Position numbers and translations under genes: made by a program. A DNA stretch of 64,000 nt, taken from the NCBI GenBank assembly GCA_038087875.1, contig CM075994.1:10232001-10296000 (forward strand), given 5' to 3'. Position 1 is the first letter of the stretch; the number at the start of each line of letters is the position of its first letter. This DNA comes from Malacoraja senta. Taxonomy: Eukaryota. This document shows, in pieces, positions 12,610-26,062 of this stretch. Below the pieces are notes generated by a model. The model worked only from the letters and a program-made list of their open reading frames with translations, searched no databases and was not told the DNA's origin.

Positions 12610-12890
12610 AGTTCAGTTGTTCAGATTAGTTTGTTCTCACGTGTACCGAGTTACAATGAAAATCTCTTGTTGCGTGCTGTCCAGTTAGCAGAAAATCAAG
12701 CCATTTCCAGTGTACATGATAAGGGAAGAACGTTTAATGCAAAGCAAGGGCAGCAAAGTCCGATCAAGTACAGTCCGAGGGTCACCAAAGAGGTAGATAG
12801 TAGTTCAGTACTGCTCTCTGGTTGTGGAGGTATGATTCAGCTGCCTGATAACAGCTGGGAAGAAACTGTCCCTGAATCTAGAGGTGTGGA
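12610..12890 (-). mobile_element. LINE 3' fragment (Rex1/Babar-like)
   Basis: Minus strand reads TSRFRDSFFP. The same 3' UTR recurs at 1003, 5030, 25660 and 58455. Confidence 0.5.
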
Positions 12891-13221
12891 TCTTACTACT
12901 GTCTTGTACAGTTGTATCAAATCCTGTATTTCATACCCTCACGGACCCAGCAAATGTGTCAAACGCCTTCGTCACCACCCTGCCCATCCCTGGTGCAATT
13001 TTCATGGAGCTGTGTGTTTGCATTCCAATGTCTCTCCAGTCTGCTAAAAATAACACCGGGTGCAAGTTTTTAAAGTGTATAATCTGCCCTGGCCTATTTT
13101 ACCAACTTGCATCACTTTTTTCCGAGATAAATAAATCAGCCTTTAATCTGCCCATTGGCCTAGTTCATGAAAATCTTGTTGGATCCTAGATAAATGGATG
13201 CACTCTCCCCAATGCCACCAT

Positions 13222-13670
13222 AGAAACGTAGAAACATAGAACCATAGAGAATAGGTGCAGGAGTAGGCCATTCGGCCCTTCTAGCGAGCACCGCCATAAA
13301 ATTTGATCATGGCTGATCATCCAAAATCAGTACCTTGTTCTTGCCTTCTCCCCATAACCCTTGATTCCATTAACCCTAAGAGCTATATCTAACTTTCTCT
13401 TGAATACACCCAGTGAATTGGCTTCTACTGCCTTCGGTGGCAGAGAATGCCACAGATTCATAACTCGCCGGGTGAAAAAGTTCTTCCTCATCTCAGTCCT
13501 ATATGACCTACCCCTTATACTTGAACTGTGGCCCCTAGTTCTGGTTGCCCCCAACATCGGGACCATTTTTCCTGCATCCAGCCCGTCCAATCCTCTAAAA
13601 AAATTATATGTTTGTATAAGATCCCCTCTCATCCTTCTAAGATCCAGAGAATATTAGCCTTGTCAGTCCA
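13222..13670 (-). mobile_element. CR1 LINE 3' fragment
   Basis: RGDLIQTY...RTEMRKNFFTRRV; (ATAGAAAC) tail. Confidence 0.85.
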
Positions 13671-13744
13671 TTCCTGATAACACGTTCACCAACACTATCC
13701 TCCATACGAGGGACAATTGTTTTGTCTCATCTCAAACTGACTAA

Positions 13745-13995
13745 CCATTAGAACTGAGATGAGGACAAACTTTTTCACCCTGAGAGTTGGGCGAATTTGT
13801 GGAATTCTCTGCCTCAGAAGGCAATGGAGTCCGATTCACTGGATCGAGCTCTTAGGGCTAGAGGAATCAAGGGATATAGGGATTAGGCAGGAACGGGGTA
13901 CTGATTGTGGATGATCAGCCATGATCACATAGAATGGCGGTGCTGGCTCAAAGGGCCGAATGGCCTAATCCTGCATCTATTTTCTATATGTCTAT
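13745..13995 (+). mobile_element. CR1 LINE 3' fragment
   Basis: CR1 3' UTR GGATGATCAGCCATGATCAC...CTATTTTCTAT. Confidence 0.7.
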
Positions 13996-16900
13996 GTAAC
14001 CACATACACATCCAAAACGTTTACATTTATAAGAAATGGTCAACAGTTGAGCCAGCACCGAGCCCTGCGGCACACCATCTGTCGTCTGTCTCCATTCTGA
14101 GGAGCAACCCTCTACCATCGCCCTCGGAATCCGTTCATCAGCCGAATGTTATATCCAATTGGCTTGTTGAAAGCGTGAAAACGCCCACCTCCAGATTCAG
14201 GGACTGTTTCTTCCCAGCTGCAGATGCTGGAAAAATCGAAGGTAGACAAGAATGCTGGAGAAACTCAGCGGATGAGCAGCATCGACGGCGCGAAGGAATA
14301 GGTGACGTTGCGGGTCGAGACCCTTCTTCAGGCTGCCTCACCCGCTCAGTTTCTCCAGCATTTGTGTCCACCTCCGAGCTATCTAAATGACGTGAGAAAC
14401 GAACAGGAGAGACCGCAAGAGCTACCTGGTTGTCTAACTTGTGTAATACTTTGGGCTATTATTTGGATTGTTTTTCATCAACTGAACGAGTTAATACAAT
14501 ACTGTTCTCAATCAACAAAATTTAACTTTCTTTTTTTTTGTTGAAAATATTTTTTATTGGAGACAAGTACACAACATATTATCATCATTACCAGTCTTAC
14601 ATTTTTAAATTGATAATATTGTCAATTATTATTACATTGTCTCCAATACCTTTTGCCTTTTCTTGTTTTTTTTAAACTAGATAGAACTAAAAAGATAGAT
14701 GAAGTAAAGAAAGAAAAGAGAAAGAAAAAAGAAAAAAAAAAAGAAAAACCCAAAAACAAAAACAAAAACAAAAAAAGAAAACAGAAAAGAAAAAGATAGT
14801 TAAAGAAGAATGGAAACATTTATTAAGATAAAAAACTTCGTTCGAGATATATTCGTACATTTCAGAGTATAACATTTCATCCATTCTTTAGCCCGAGTGT
14901 TAGTCAGTTTCCTGTGCTGAACCATTCTGAGCCTTTAAATAATCAATAAAGGGAGACCATGTTCCAACGAATAATTCCTGTTTGTCCAACAGGGAAAATC
15001 TGATTATTTCCACATTTAAGGTCTCCATCATTTCTATAATCCACATTTTGATTGTGGGGGATATAGGGCCTTTCCAAAATTTTAGAATTAATTTTTTTCC
15101 CGTTATTATACTATAATCAATACAATTTCTTTGTGTTGTTGTAAATGTTTGATTTAATTCTAATGTTCCGAGTATTATTAATTTTGGATCCGGGTCCAAT
15201 TGTGTGCTGGTCACTTTAGATATTATACTGAAAATATTTACCCAGAATTTTTTAATTGTTATACAGTTTGCAAACATATGAGATAAGTTAGCTTCTAAAT
15301 GTTGACATTTATCACATATAGGTGAGATATGTTGAAAGATTTTATGTAATTTTGTTTTTGAATAATGTAACCTATGTATTACTTTAAATTGTATTAAAGA
15401 ATGTCTGGCATTTAATGAACATTGATGTATGTGTTGTAAACTTTCTTCCCAAGTATGTTTTGTTATTATTTGATTTAATTCTTTTTCCCATGTTTGTCTG
15501 TGTAAGTCCGTCGATGTAATGTCACTGTCTAATAAAATATTATATATATAAGATATTAATTTTTCTGTATTAGGATGTTTATTCCAACATTCATCAAGAA
15601 TTTATGAATTTCTAATTCGAAAATTTTGAGTATTCGATTTTACATAATCTCCGAGTTGAAGATATCTGAGAAAATCATTTCCTCGAAATCCATAAGTCTG
15701 TTGCAACTCCTGAAATGTAAGAAAAGTGCCTTCCTTGTAAAGTTGTCCCATATTTTTAATTCCATAATTCTTCCATTGTGTAAAACTCCTGTCCAACCAT
15801 GAGGGTTTAAACAAAGGGTTATTCACAATTGGAAGAAAAAGTGATAAGTTATCTAATTTTAATGTCTTTTTTAATTGTTTCCAAATTCGTATAGCACTAA
15901 ATATTATAGGGTTTTCCATATAATTTTTTTGTTTAATTTAGACGTAGCAAATAATATCGAGCCGATATCAAAAGGTAAACAATCTTCCTTTTCCATTTTT
16001 AACCAATCTGGTTGTTGATCTATTTCTTCCAACCAGAAATTCATATTTTTAATATTAACTGCCCAAAAATAAAACAGAAAGTTTGGTAAAACCAAGCCTC
16101 CATTTATTTTTGATTTACACAAATGTCTTTTGTTTATCCTATGATTCTTATAATCCCAGATAAAATCATTAACAATGGAATCCAATTAAAAAAAAAAGTT
16201 TTTTGACAAATATATCGGACTTGTCTGAAAAAGGTATAATATTTGCGGTGAAAAAATCATTTTTATGGCATTAATTTTGCCAACCATTGAGATAGGAAGT
16301 GTTTTCCAATATTGAATATTCTTATGCAGTTTGTTCAGTAATGGGGGAAAATTTGCTTTAAATAATTATGTATATATCTTAGTTACGTAAATGCCTAGGT
16401 ATTTGAATTTTTCGTTTACTATTTTAAATGGAAATTGTTGTATTATCTGTTTGTTGTGTTACCTTATTGGCATAATTTCACTTTTATTCCAATTTATTCT
16501 GTATCATGAGAGTGAACCAAATTGGGTTATTAGCTTTAATAAGTTTGGAATACTAATTTCTGGTTTTGTAATGTAAATTAGTACATCATCTGCGTATAGA
16601 GAAATTTTATTCACTGTATCCTTTGTGTTATACCCATGTATTTCCGGATGACCCCTAACTCTTTCTGCGAGTGGCTCAATAGCAAGCGCAAATAATAATG
16701 GAGATAACGGACAACCTTGTCTACGGGCATCCTAGGCTGAATTTAGATGACAACCTTTGGTTTGTTAATATTCTAGCCGTACGGTTTGTATATAACAGTT
16801 TTATCCATGTGCAGAATTTCTCCCCTAGCTGCATATTTTCCATCACCGAAAATAAATAGGACCATTCAACCTGACCAAAAGCTTTTTCAGCGTCAAGTGA

Positions 16901-19103
16901 GATTATTGCTAGATCTTCATTAATAATTCTCTTAGAATATATAATATTAAATAATCTTCTTAGATTATAATATGAGTACCGTTTCTGAATAAAGCCTGTT
17001 TGGTCAGGGTGTATTAATTTATTCATCACTGTACTTAATCTATGCGCTAGTATTTTAGTTAATATTTTCTGATCTGTATTTAAAAGTGCAATTGCTCTAT
17101 ATGATCCCGGATCTTCCGGATCTTTATCAACTTTAGGAATAAGTGTTATTATAAATTCATTTAAAGTATCTGGAAGTTTCTGTTGAGTATAGATATGCTC
17201 ATACAGCCTTTGTAAACGTGGGGAAAGCAAGTCATAATTGTTTTTATAGAATTCAGAGCCTAAACCATCTGGTCCTACTGCTTTACCATTTTTTAAAGAG
17301 CCAATAGACTCTTCAATATCCTTTGTCGTAATCTCCCTTTCTAATAATTCTCTATCGTTTGAGTCTAAACCTTTTAAATTACATTTTAGTAAAAAATCTG
17401 CTATTCCTTCTGGTTGTACTACAGTTTTAGTTGAATAAAGATTATGATAGTATTGGAGAAATCTCTCGTTTATATCCTTGGGCCTTTTTAATAATTTTCC
17501 TGTATCTGTTCTAATTTTATGAATTATTTTTTCCCCTTCCATTTTTCGTAACTGACGTGCTAATAGTTTTTGTGGTTTGTCTCCAAACTCGAAATGTAGT
17601 TGTTTGGTTTTTTGATAAAGTTTTATTACTTGTTCTGAATACATTTTGTTTAATGTATTATGCAATTTTATTATGTTTTAAAATAGATGGCATTCTCGCA
17701 TTTTCTATATCTAGTTGCTTGATTTCCCTTTCCAATGTTTGTTGTTTAATCCTGTTCTCTTTATTATAGAATACTTGGGCAGAAATTAATGCACCTCGAA
17801 CAAACACTTTAAACGTTTCCCACATAAGAGAAGTAGGTGTGTCAGGGTTGTCATTTACCTCAAAAAATATTTGAATCTGTTTAATAAGATATTCCTGGCA
17901 TGATCTTTCGTTCAAAATTTGTGGGTTAAATCTCCAATATGTTTGTTTCTCGGACATTCCATTTAATTTAATCATGAATGTTACAGGTGCGTGATCTGAG
18001 ATTATAAAATTATGGTATTTTGAGTTGTAAGTAAATGGGATAAACGTGGAGTCAACTAAAAAATAATCTATTCTTGAGTATGTTTTATGTACTGGTGAGT
18101 AAAATGAATATTCCCGTCCAGTTGGATTTTCAATTCTCCAGACATCCTTAATATTAGTGGTATTAATAAATGAATTTAAAAATACACTTGATTGAGATTT
18201 TACTTTTTTTTGCCTTGATGATCTATCTAAGTATGAATCTAATGTGCAATTGAAGTCTCCTCCAATTATTAATTTATATTGTGTAAATTCAGGAATTATA
18301 TTAAATGTTTTATTAAAAAACATAGGGTTATCAAAATTAGGCCCATATACATTAAGAAGAATCACTTTTTCTCCATTTAACTCTCCAACTAATATAATAT
18401 ATCTACCATCAATATCCGCAATTGTTGATGAATGCGTAAAAGGTATTCCTTTACGAATTAATATTGCAACTCCTCTGGACTTATGGGAAAAAGAGGAATG
18501 ATAAGATTCAGCGATCCACTTAGCTTTAAGTCTATGTTGAGATTCCTTTTTAAGGTGTGTTTCTTGAAGGAATATTGTATCTGTTTTGATTGAATTTAGA
18601 TGTGCCAAAACTTTACCTCTCTTAATTGGTTCATTGATTCCCTTAACATTCCAACTACAAAATGTTATTCCCTCACCCCCTCTTGTCATATTAACATCTT
18701 GCATATTGTTTCTAAGGTGGTCTATATCCGAGCAGAAGGTGCAACACATAAAACCTGACCCTGCTCCCGAACCTCAAATAGATGCATTTTAAATAATATA
18801 CATCGCTCTTCCGAACACATCTCCTTGAATTAGTCTTGTTGTTCCATTCAAACATTAAGTTATAAAAATATTTAAAGTGAAAAAAGTGATAGAATTGGTT
18901 AGTATAGGGTGAAAGAAAAAAAACCTACATCTACAATTAGTGTAGTTAGTGATAGCCACACTAACGTGGCTAGAATTCTAAAGACTTCCGTAGCCTTTGT
19001 AAAAAAAAATTCCCAGCTCCGTGCGGGAGAAAACAAAAATGAATATTTCTGACAATCAATTAACTTCTTTGGGAGTAGCAAACATATATATATACACATA
19101 CAT

Positions 19104-19134
<31 letters not shown>

Positions 19135-19610
19135 CTAGACCAAGTGCAGACCCGTTGGGTCTGGTCCCCGAAAGTGCTTGACACCCCGGGGTGTTGTTCC
19201 CGAACGTGCTTCAGACCCCTGGGTGAAAATCGTGGAAAAAAAGATGGCGTCGTTTTCGGAACAAATCGGAGAAAATCGGCGAAAAAAAGATGGCGTCGTT
19301 TTTGGAGAAAATCGGGGGGAAAAAGATGGCGTCGTTTTCGGAGAAAATCGGAGACAATCGGAGAAAATCACATGGGGGTGGGGGGGGGGTGGATTTTATT
19401 TTAAAAAAACGTGTACATAAACAGGACCGAATTTAATCAGGAGTGGCTATTCGTAAAGATAAATGTCATCTCTTTGGAAATGGTAAAAAATATGGGCCTT
19501 TCCGCGCGCTGTGTGGGCCAGGGGCGGTATCAAAGGCGGCGTACGGATGTACAGACGTACAGACGTACAGACGTACAGACGGACGGCAGCCAGAGAGTTT
19601 TAAAAGTATA
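19135..19610 (-). mobile_element. Non-autonomous Helitron, short copy
   Basis: Minus-strand 3' end CTAG|T with hairpin CAGACCC-AAC-GGGTCTG (19147-19163); inserted in (TA)n without a TSD. Confidence 0.7.
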
Positions 19611-22287
19611 CTAGACCAAGTGCAGACCCGTTGGGTCTGGACACCGAACGTGCGTTTGGGGCGGGGGGCTGTGACGTCACACTAACCACCCGTTGGGTCT
19701 GTACCTCCAAAGCAGGGTTGCGGGGTGTGAATCTGGCACCCACAAACACACACACTCATCACACCCCTTGATATTATATTAATATTTTAATTTTCTTCTT
19801 TTATTCCATCTCCACCCTATCCACTGATGAATAGCCCTCACCTCTCAGGTACGTCTCGAGGGGGGTGGTGCAGAGAGAGAAAATTTAATGTTAGAAAAAA
19901 AAATTGTGAGGTGGGGGAGGAGATGGAGGGTGAGGAAGGTGGGGAGAGAGGAGGGTGAGAGAGGAGAGGGGTGGAGAGAGGAAGAAGAGGATGGGGAGAG
20001 AGGTGAAGGGGGTGGGTTGGAGCAGGCGTGCATGAGTTGAGTCGCGGGCTGTGAAGAGAGAAGGGCAGAGAGAGAGAGAGAGGGGAGAGACAGATAGACT
20101 GGTACACACAATAAAACTCGAGAAACACTGCGGGTGCAGCAGCATCTATGGAGTGAAGGAAATAGGCAATGCTTTTGGCGGAAACCCATCCTCAGACGGG
20201 TTTTCACGAAACGTTGTCTATTTCTTTTGATACATAGATGCTGCTGCACCGGCTGAGGTTATGAAGCATTTCTTTGTGTACCTTTGATTTTCAAGCATCT
20301 GCAGTTCTGTCTTAAAGACAGAGAGAGTGTTGGCGGAATGTTTTCCCAACGCGCGTCTGCGGGAGGGGGGGGGGCTGCGGCATCACACTCACACTAACCA
20401 CCCCCCAAACACAGGCGGGGGGAGGGGTGGAGAGGAAGACGGGGTGGGGAGAGAAGAGGGGAGAGGGAGACGGGGTGGGGAGAGAAGAGGAGAGGGGGGG
20501 GAGGGGAGAGGGGGAGGAGGAAAGGGGAGAAATTGGTGAGGGAGAAGAGAGCAGGGTGGGGGAGAGGGAGGGGGAGGAGAGTGGTAGGAGAGCGGGGAGG
20601 GCAGGAAGGGGGGAGAGGGGGGAGGGGATGTTAGAAGTGGAGAGAGGGGATGAGGGGAAAGGGAGAGGAGTAGGGGGAAGAGAGGGAGAAGGAGGGGGGA
20701 GGGATAGAGGTGGGGGAGGGAGAGTGGAAGAGTGGGGAGTGAGATAGAAGGGAGGGGGGAGAGGGGTGGGGGAGGGGGTTGTGGAGGGAGATGGGGATGG
20801 GTTTGGGAGTTAAGTGGAAGAATGGGGAGGGAGATGGAGAGGTGTAGGGGGAGTGGTGGAAGTGGGAGAGAGGGAGGGGGAGAGGTGTAGGGGGAGTGGT
20901 TGAAGAGGGATAGCGGGGTAGGGGGAAGGGGACGGGGTGAGAGGGGGAAGGGGGATGTGGGAGAGAGTAATGGGGGTGGGAGGAGGAGGGGGATGAGAGG
21001 GAGAGGGGTGAGGAGAAGGGATGGAGAGGGGGAGGAGAGAGGGGTGGGTAAGGCGAGGAGAAGGGTAGAGAGGTGTGGGGAGGGTGGAGGGTGGCGACGG
21101 GGTTGGGAGAGAAGAGGGGAGGGGGGGAGGGGGGAGAGGGAGACGGGGTGGGGAGAGAAGAGGGAGGGAGGGGAGGGAGGAGAGAGGGGAGGAGGAAAGG
21201 GGAGAGATTGGTGAGGGAGAAGAGAGCAGGGTGGGGGGAGAGGGATGGGGAGGAGAGTGGGGAGTGGGAGGAGAGCGGGGAGGGCAGGAAGGGGGGAGGG
21301 GATGTTAGAGGTGGAGAGAGGGGATGAGGGGAAGGGGAGAGGAGTAGGGGAAGAGAGGGAGAGAGGGAGGGGGGAGGGAGAGGGGAAGAGTGGTGAGTGA
21401 GGGGCAGAGGGGTAGCGGGGAGTGGTGCAAGAGAGAGGGGAAGGGGGTGGGGGGAGATGGGGGTGAAGAGGGGTGGTGGAGGGGGGAAGAGAGGGTGTGG
21501 GAGGGGAGGGAGGGGAGAGGAGAGAGGGGGGAGAGTGGGGAGTGAGAGTTGAAGTAGGAGGGGTAGGGACAGTCCATCTGTTACCCATTCCCTATCACCC
21601 CCAATCCTCTTTCTCTATTGACACGCACGTGGCGACGCCCTTCGACACATGCTGCGGGGGTGGGGGGGGAGGGGCTGGGGCTGGGGCTGCTGCCAAGGCA
21701 TATGTAAACGGATTCATTCCGATTGGACATCTTTGAGCATTGGGCATTGTGACATCACAAAACGGAACCTTCATTAACATTCTATTGCTGAGAGCTGTTT
21801 TTTTAAACATTTTGAAATGTCCCCATTCCCTATCCCCCCCACACACGTGGCGACGCCCTTCGACACAGGCTGTGGGGGTGGGGGGAAGGGGCTGGGGCTG
21901 GGGCTGGGGCTGCTGCCAAGGCATATCTAAATGAATCCATTCCCATTGGACATCTGGAGGCATCGGGCATTGTGACATCACACAACGGAATCTTTACTAA
22001 CATTCTAGGGCTGAGCTGTTTTTTTAATCATTTTGAAATGTTTGGGGGTGGGGGGAGAAGTATTTTATTTTAAAAAGTGTACATAAACACGACCAAATTT
22101 AATCAGGAGTGGCTATTCGTAAAGATAAATGTAATCTCTTCAGAAATGGTAAAAAATATCGGCGTTTCCGCGCGCCGCGCGGGCGCGGGGCGGTATCAAA
22201 GGCGGGACAGGTCAAGCAGAACGTTGTACGTACAGACGTACAGACGTACAGACGGACGGCAGCCAGAGAGTTTTAAAAGTATATAGA
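19611..22287 (-). mobile_element. Non-autonomous Helitron, long copy with purine-rich low-complexity cargo
   Basis: 5' A|TCTATATACTTTTAAAACTCTC at 22287; 3' hairpin (19623-19639) plus CTAG at 19611; 5' ~250 bp shared with the short copy. Confidence 0.72.
20340..21570 (+). repeat. G/A-rich low-complexity tract with an internal ~220-bp duplication
   Basis: Nearly pure purine with many G runs; 20470-20690 resembles 21142-21370. Confidence 0.9.
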
Positions 22288-22384
22288 TAGAAGATAGATA
22301 GATATATAGATAGATAGATAGATAGATAGAATATATATATATATATATATATACCCATATGCATACATATATACGCACATATAT

Positions 22385-23065
22385 CTCTTTAAAAATCTCT
22401 TCCCTGTACGGGAGACCCGACCATTTCCATGTCGGGTCTCCGTTGTCGTTGGGGCCTAGCTCCGTGGAGGCTCCAGTAGCGGAGCCTGCGGACTCACCAT
22501 CGTGGGGCTGGCCGGCCTCGGAGCGTGGGGGAGCGGTGGTGGCTCGCTGCTGCGGCCCGACTCCGGAGCTCCAGCTCCAGCTGCAGACCGGTGGACTGGG
22601 ACATCGGGAGCTCGCGGGTCCGGGTGAGAGACCGCTTTCCGGAGCTCCCGCAACGCAACTTCTCCCGCCCGTTTCGCGGGGTTGGAACGACCCGGAGCGG
22701 GGCCGTAAATCGCCCGGTACGGCTTTAATGTTAAAGCCGCGGGATATTCCAGCGCCCGCCGGGGGCTCCAACTTTGTGACTTTTGGGCCCGGAGCGAAGC
22801 TGTATACCGCCCGGCGCGGCCTCAACGGCCGTGGGACTTAACATTGCCCGCCTGGGGCTTCAACATCGGAAGAAATGGTGCAGGGGAGAGAAATTACTTT
22901 GCCTTCCATCACAGTGAGGAGGAGATTCACTGTGATGGATGTTTTTCTGTAAATTGAATTGTTTGTGTGTCGTGTAAGAATTGTTTTGTTTGTATGGCTG
23001 TGGAAACGGAGTTTCGTTTGAGCCCCTTTGAGGTTCAAATGACAAGGAATAAAATCTAATCTAAT
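22385..23065 (+). mobile_element. Unclassified GC-rich non-autonomous retroposon-like insertion
   Basis: AATAAAATCTAATCTAAT tail; hairpin shared with 57563-58278. Confidence 0.45.
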
Positions 23066-24579
23066 ATCCCTGCAGAAAAGTCCAAAAACAGCATAAATTC
23101 ACAACGTTATTATTCTCTACATACGTATTAATATCTTCGATAAATCTATAAATTTAATTTTAAATTGAAAAATAAAGAGAAAAACCATCAAACCTTATTA
23201 TGACGTAGGCTGAATTACCTCTTGCACATATCCTATAGAATATAAATATGTAACTCATTTCTACGTTAACCAGAGACTGTTAGTTATTAATCATTGTTAT
23301 CAATCATACCCAGTATTAAATTTTTATGAGTAATATAAATGTTAATAATTTTAGTAGTAATATAGATATTTAATAAGTATTAGTAGTTACATATATAGTT
23401 AGATGAATATACTAAATAGTAATAGTGATTAATAACGATTGGTCATAACTATGATATTATTGTTCTTAGAGATTATACTAAAAATAAAAAAGATAAAAAA
23501 TAAAAAAACACGGTTTTCTCCAATGTCCACCATCCATTTCAGTTTTCGAATGTCCTTAAAGCTCTTAAAAGAACTTTAAAGGTCCTTTTAAATCTGGCGA
23601 AGTCCCGTTAATCCTTGACTCCTAAGGAGTAATGTAAATTCTTCAGTCTGCGGTCACGTTCTCGATTTCTTTGGCAAATTCCAGTGCTTTTTCGTGGTCT
23701 GTAAAAAATTGCTCCTTGTTCTTGTAGGTGACTCTTAGTCTTGCGGGGTAAAGCAAGCCGTATCTCAATTCAGGTACCTTCTTCAGTATTCTTTTTGTCT
23801 CAGTGAACAGCGCTCTTTTCTTGAAGACCTCTGCCGGATAATCTCGGTAAATACTGAACCTCGCACCTTCAAAATAGAGCTGTCCGCTTCGGACAAATTT
23901 CTTCATTATCTCGTCAAATTCATGATCAAGTTGCACCTTTACTATAATTTGTCTTGGATGGGCATCATCTTGTGTACGACGCCCCTGCGCTCTATGTGCT
24001 CGACCGAGTGAAGGTTTTTGATCCAATTTTAAGGCTTTTGGTAGTAGGTCTGCCACAAAATCCCGAGGGCCCATTTCCCTCTCACTTCCTTCTTTCACCC
24101 CTACAATTCTTAAATTCTTGCGTCTTTGACGCCCCTCCAGATCGGTACACTTATCACTTAATTTGATCACCATACCGGAGAGGCGTTGGTTTTCAATAAA
24201 GGAGTCGATTTACAGTTTCCTCATTTGTCGCCGCCCATTTCTCAAGTTCGGTTATCGCTGTTCTATGTTGATCAAGTGCTTGAATTTAACTTTCCTATTA
24301 AGGAATTAATGTAAGTAGGTGATCATTTTCACAGGGTGTAGATGTCGCTGCAAGACCAGCATTTATTGCACATCACTAATTGCCCTCTGAGTAGATCGCT
24401 CGGACAATTCCAAGGACATTTGATCTTCAACCACTTTGAACGAGTTGGAACTTAAACAAAATAAGAGTGTTGTGGTGATTGTATTTCAGACAGTTTATTT
24501 CTTTCTAGCATTTGAGGTGATTAACTGTATTTAAGGTGGGGGAAAATACTTAAAATTGCGTCCCTGGATTGTGCCACTG

Positions 24580-26062
24580 ATTACAATCAAGTCAAACTCC
24601 AGTACAATAGATAGGGAAAAGGGACAGTTCCAATGTGCAGCATACAGTTCTCAGCATTGCAACGTCACAACCCGCTAACATTTATACAATGTCCTCGCAT
24701 TTGTTTTTGGAGACGACAGAGTGCTTTACCTGCGTAAATCACATTGAAGTGCAGCCAGTAATGGCAACGGGAATCCAGAAGCTCGTCAATTAGGGCCCAG
24801 AGTACAACATCAGGACATTGTCACAAAAAGCTGGAGTAGCTCAGCGGGACAGGCAGCATCTCTGGACAGAAGGAGTGGGTGACGTTTCGGGACGAGACCT
24901 TTCTTCAGACTGAGAGTCAGGGGAAAGGGAATCGAGAGATATAGATGGTGATATAATGCGATGTAGAAAAAATGAGTGAAAGAGTCCAAAGAAGGATCTC
25001 GACCCGAAATGTAAGCCATTCCTTCTCTCCAGACACGCTGCCTGACCCGCTGAGTTACTCCAGCATTTTGTGACTGTCTTCGATTTAAACCAACATCTGC
25101 AGTTCCTTCCTACATCATCAGGAGTTTATGTTGAATAAGTATAAAACACAGGTTTGGACCCAACTGGTGCTTCAAGCCTATTTCTGGTCACCAAACTTAA
25201 TGAATGAAGCGATGATCATCGGGAGGGCGCAGGAGATATTCACTGGAATGGTTTCAAGGATGAGGAGATGCGGGCCGAGGGTGAGGCCGGAGAAGCGGGT
25301 GCAGGTTCTCTGTGGAGAAGGGAATTTGAAAGCCTTCACAGAGGGTTCAAGCTCGGGTCCGGTGTGGAGGGGGAGATGAGGGTGTGTGTGTGTGTGGGGG
25401 GGGGGGGGTTTGGGGCGAGGGTCTTTCCCATCTGTGCGAGGTTCAAATGGGCACAGAACTGAGAGGGTGAGAAGCAACAAGTGGAATATGCCTCGGAGTG
25501 TAGAAAAAATTGCAGATGCTGGTTTAAACCGAAGATAGACACAAAATGCTGGAGTAATTCAGCGGGACAGGCAGCATCTCTGGAGAGAAGGAATGGGTGA
25601 CGTTTCGGGTAGTGACGGTCTCCAGCATTTTGTGCCTATCTAAGGGGAATAAGGCTTTTCAGCTGAGTTTATTGTCACGAGTTTCGAGGTACAGTGAAAT
25701 ATTTTTGTTGCGTGCTATCCAGTCAGCAGAAAGACAATACGTGATTACAATCGACCCACGTACAGTGGACAGATACTCGATGATGGAATAACGTTTAGTG
25801 CAAGGTTAAACCAGCAACGTCCGATCACAGTTAAAGTGAGAAATGTTGAGGTGGGATTAGAGATTTAAGAGTGTGGGGTGATTGTAATATGTGATTGTAG
25901 ATCTTCATCGCACGCAATTAGACCACTTGGTTGGGCGCCATCTCGGAAGCATAAGCGGCAAGAATGACCTGCAGGGGCGGAGGAAATGCTGCCAATTGGG
26001 CTTTCGAATCTGAGTGTTCCGTGTTCCACACTCACTGATGGCGCAGCGGTAGAATTGCTGCC
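24580..26062 (+). repeat. Segmental-duplication upstream block, copy B
   Basis: ATTACAATCAAGTCAAACTCCAGTACAATAG matches the window start; colinear through the SINE head. Confidence 0.9.

Larger units (their letters stand above)
14531..24282 (-). mobile_element. L1-clade LINE, 5'-truncated in ORF1; degraded ORF2 (about 18689-14900), ORF1 fragment 23643-24173; 12-bp TSD
   Basis: APE (SWNVKG, LQETHL, GGDFN, SDHAP), RT (SLDAEKAF), ORF1 (LEGRQRRKNLRIVGVKE, LLYPARLRV), poly-A at 14531; TSD AATTTAACTTTC at 14519-14530 and 24283-24294. Confidence 0.93.

Noticed and set aside
14622..14884. Phe-rich, membrane-like short ORFs
   Set aside because: T-rich L1 3' UTR; no coding evidence.
19225..19365. Short repeats that superficially resemble a CRISPR array
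   Set aside because: Simple ~41-bp tandem repeat without unique spacers, in vertebrate DNA with no cas genes.
20389..21588. 399-aa Pro/Ser/Leu-rich ORF and overlapping Gly/Arg/Glu ORFs
   Set aside because: Translation artefact of a stop-poor purine tract inside a Helitron-like element; no domain or splice context.
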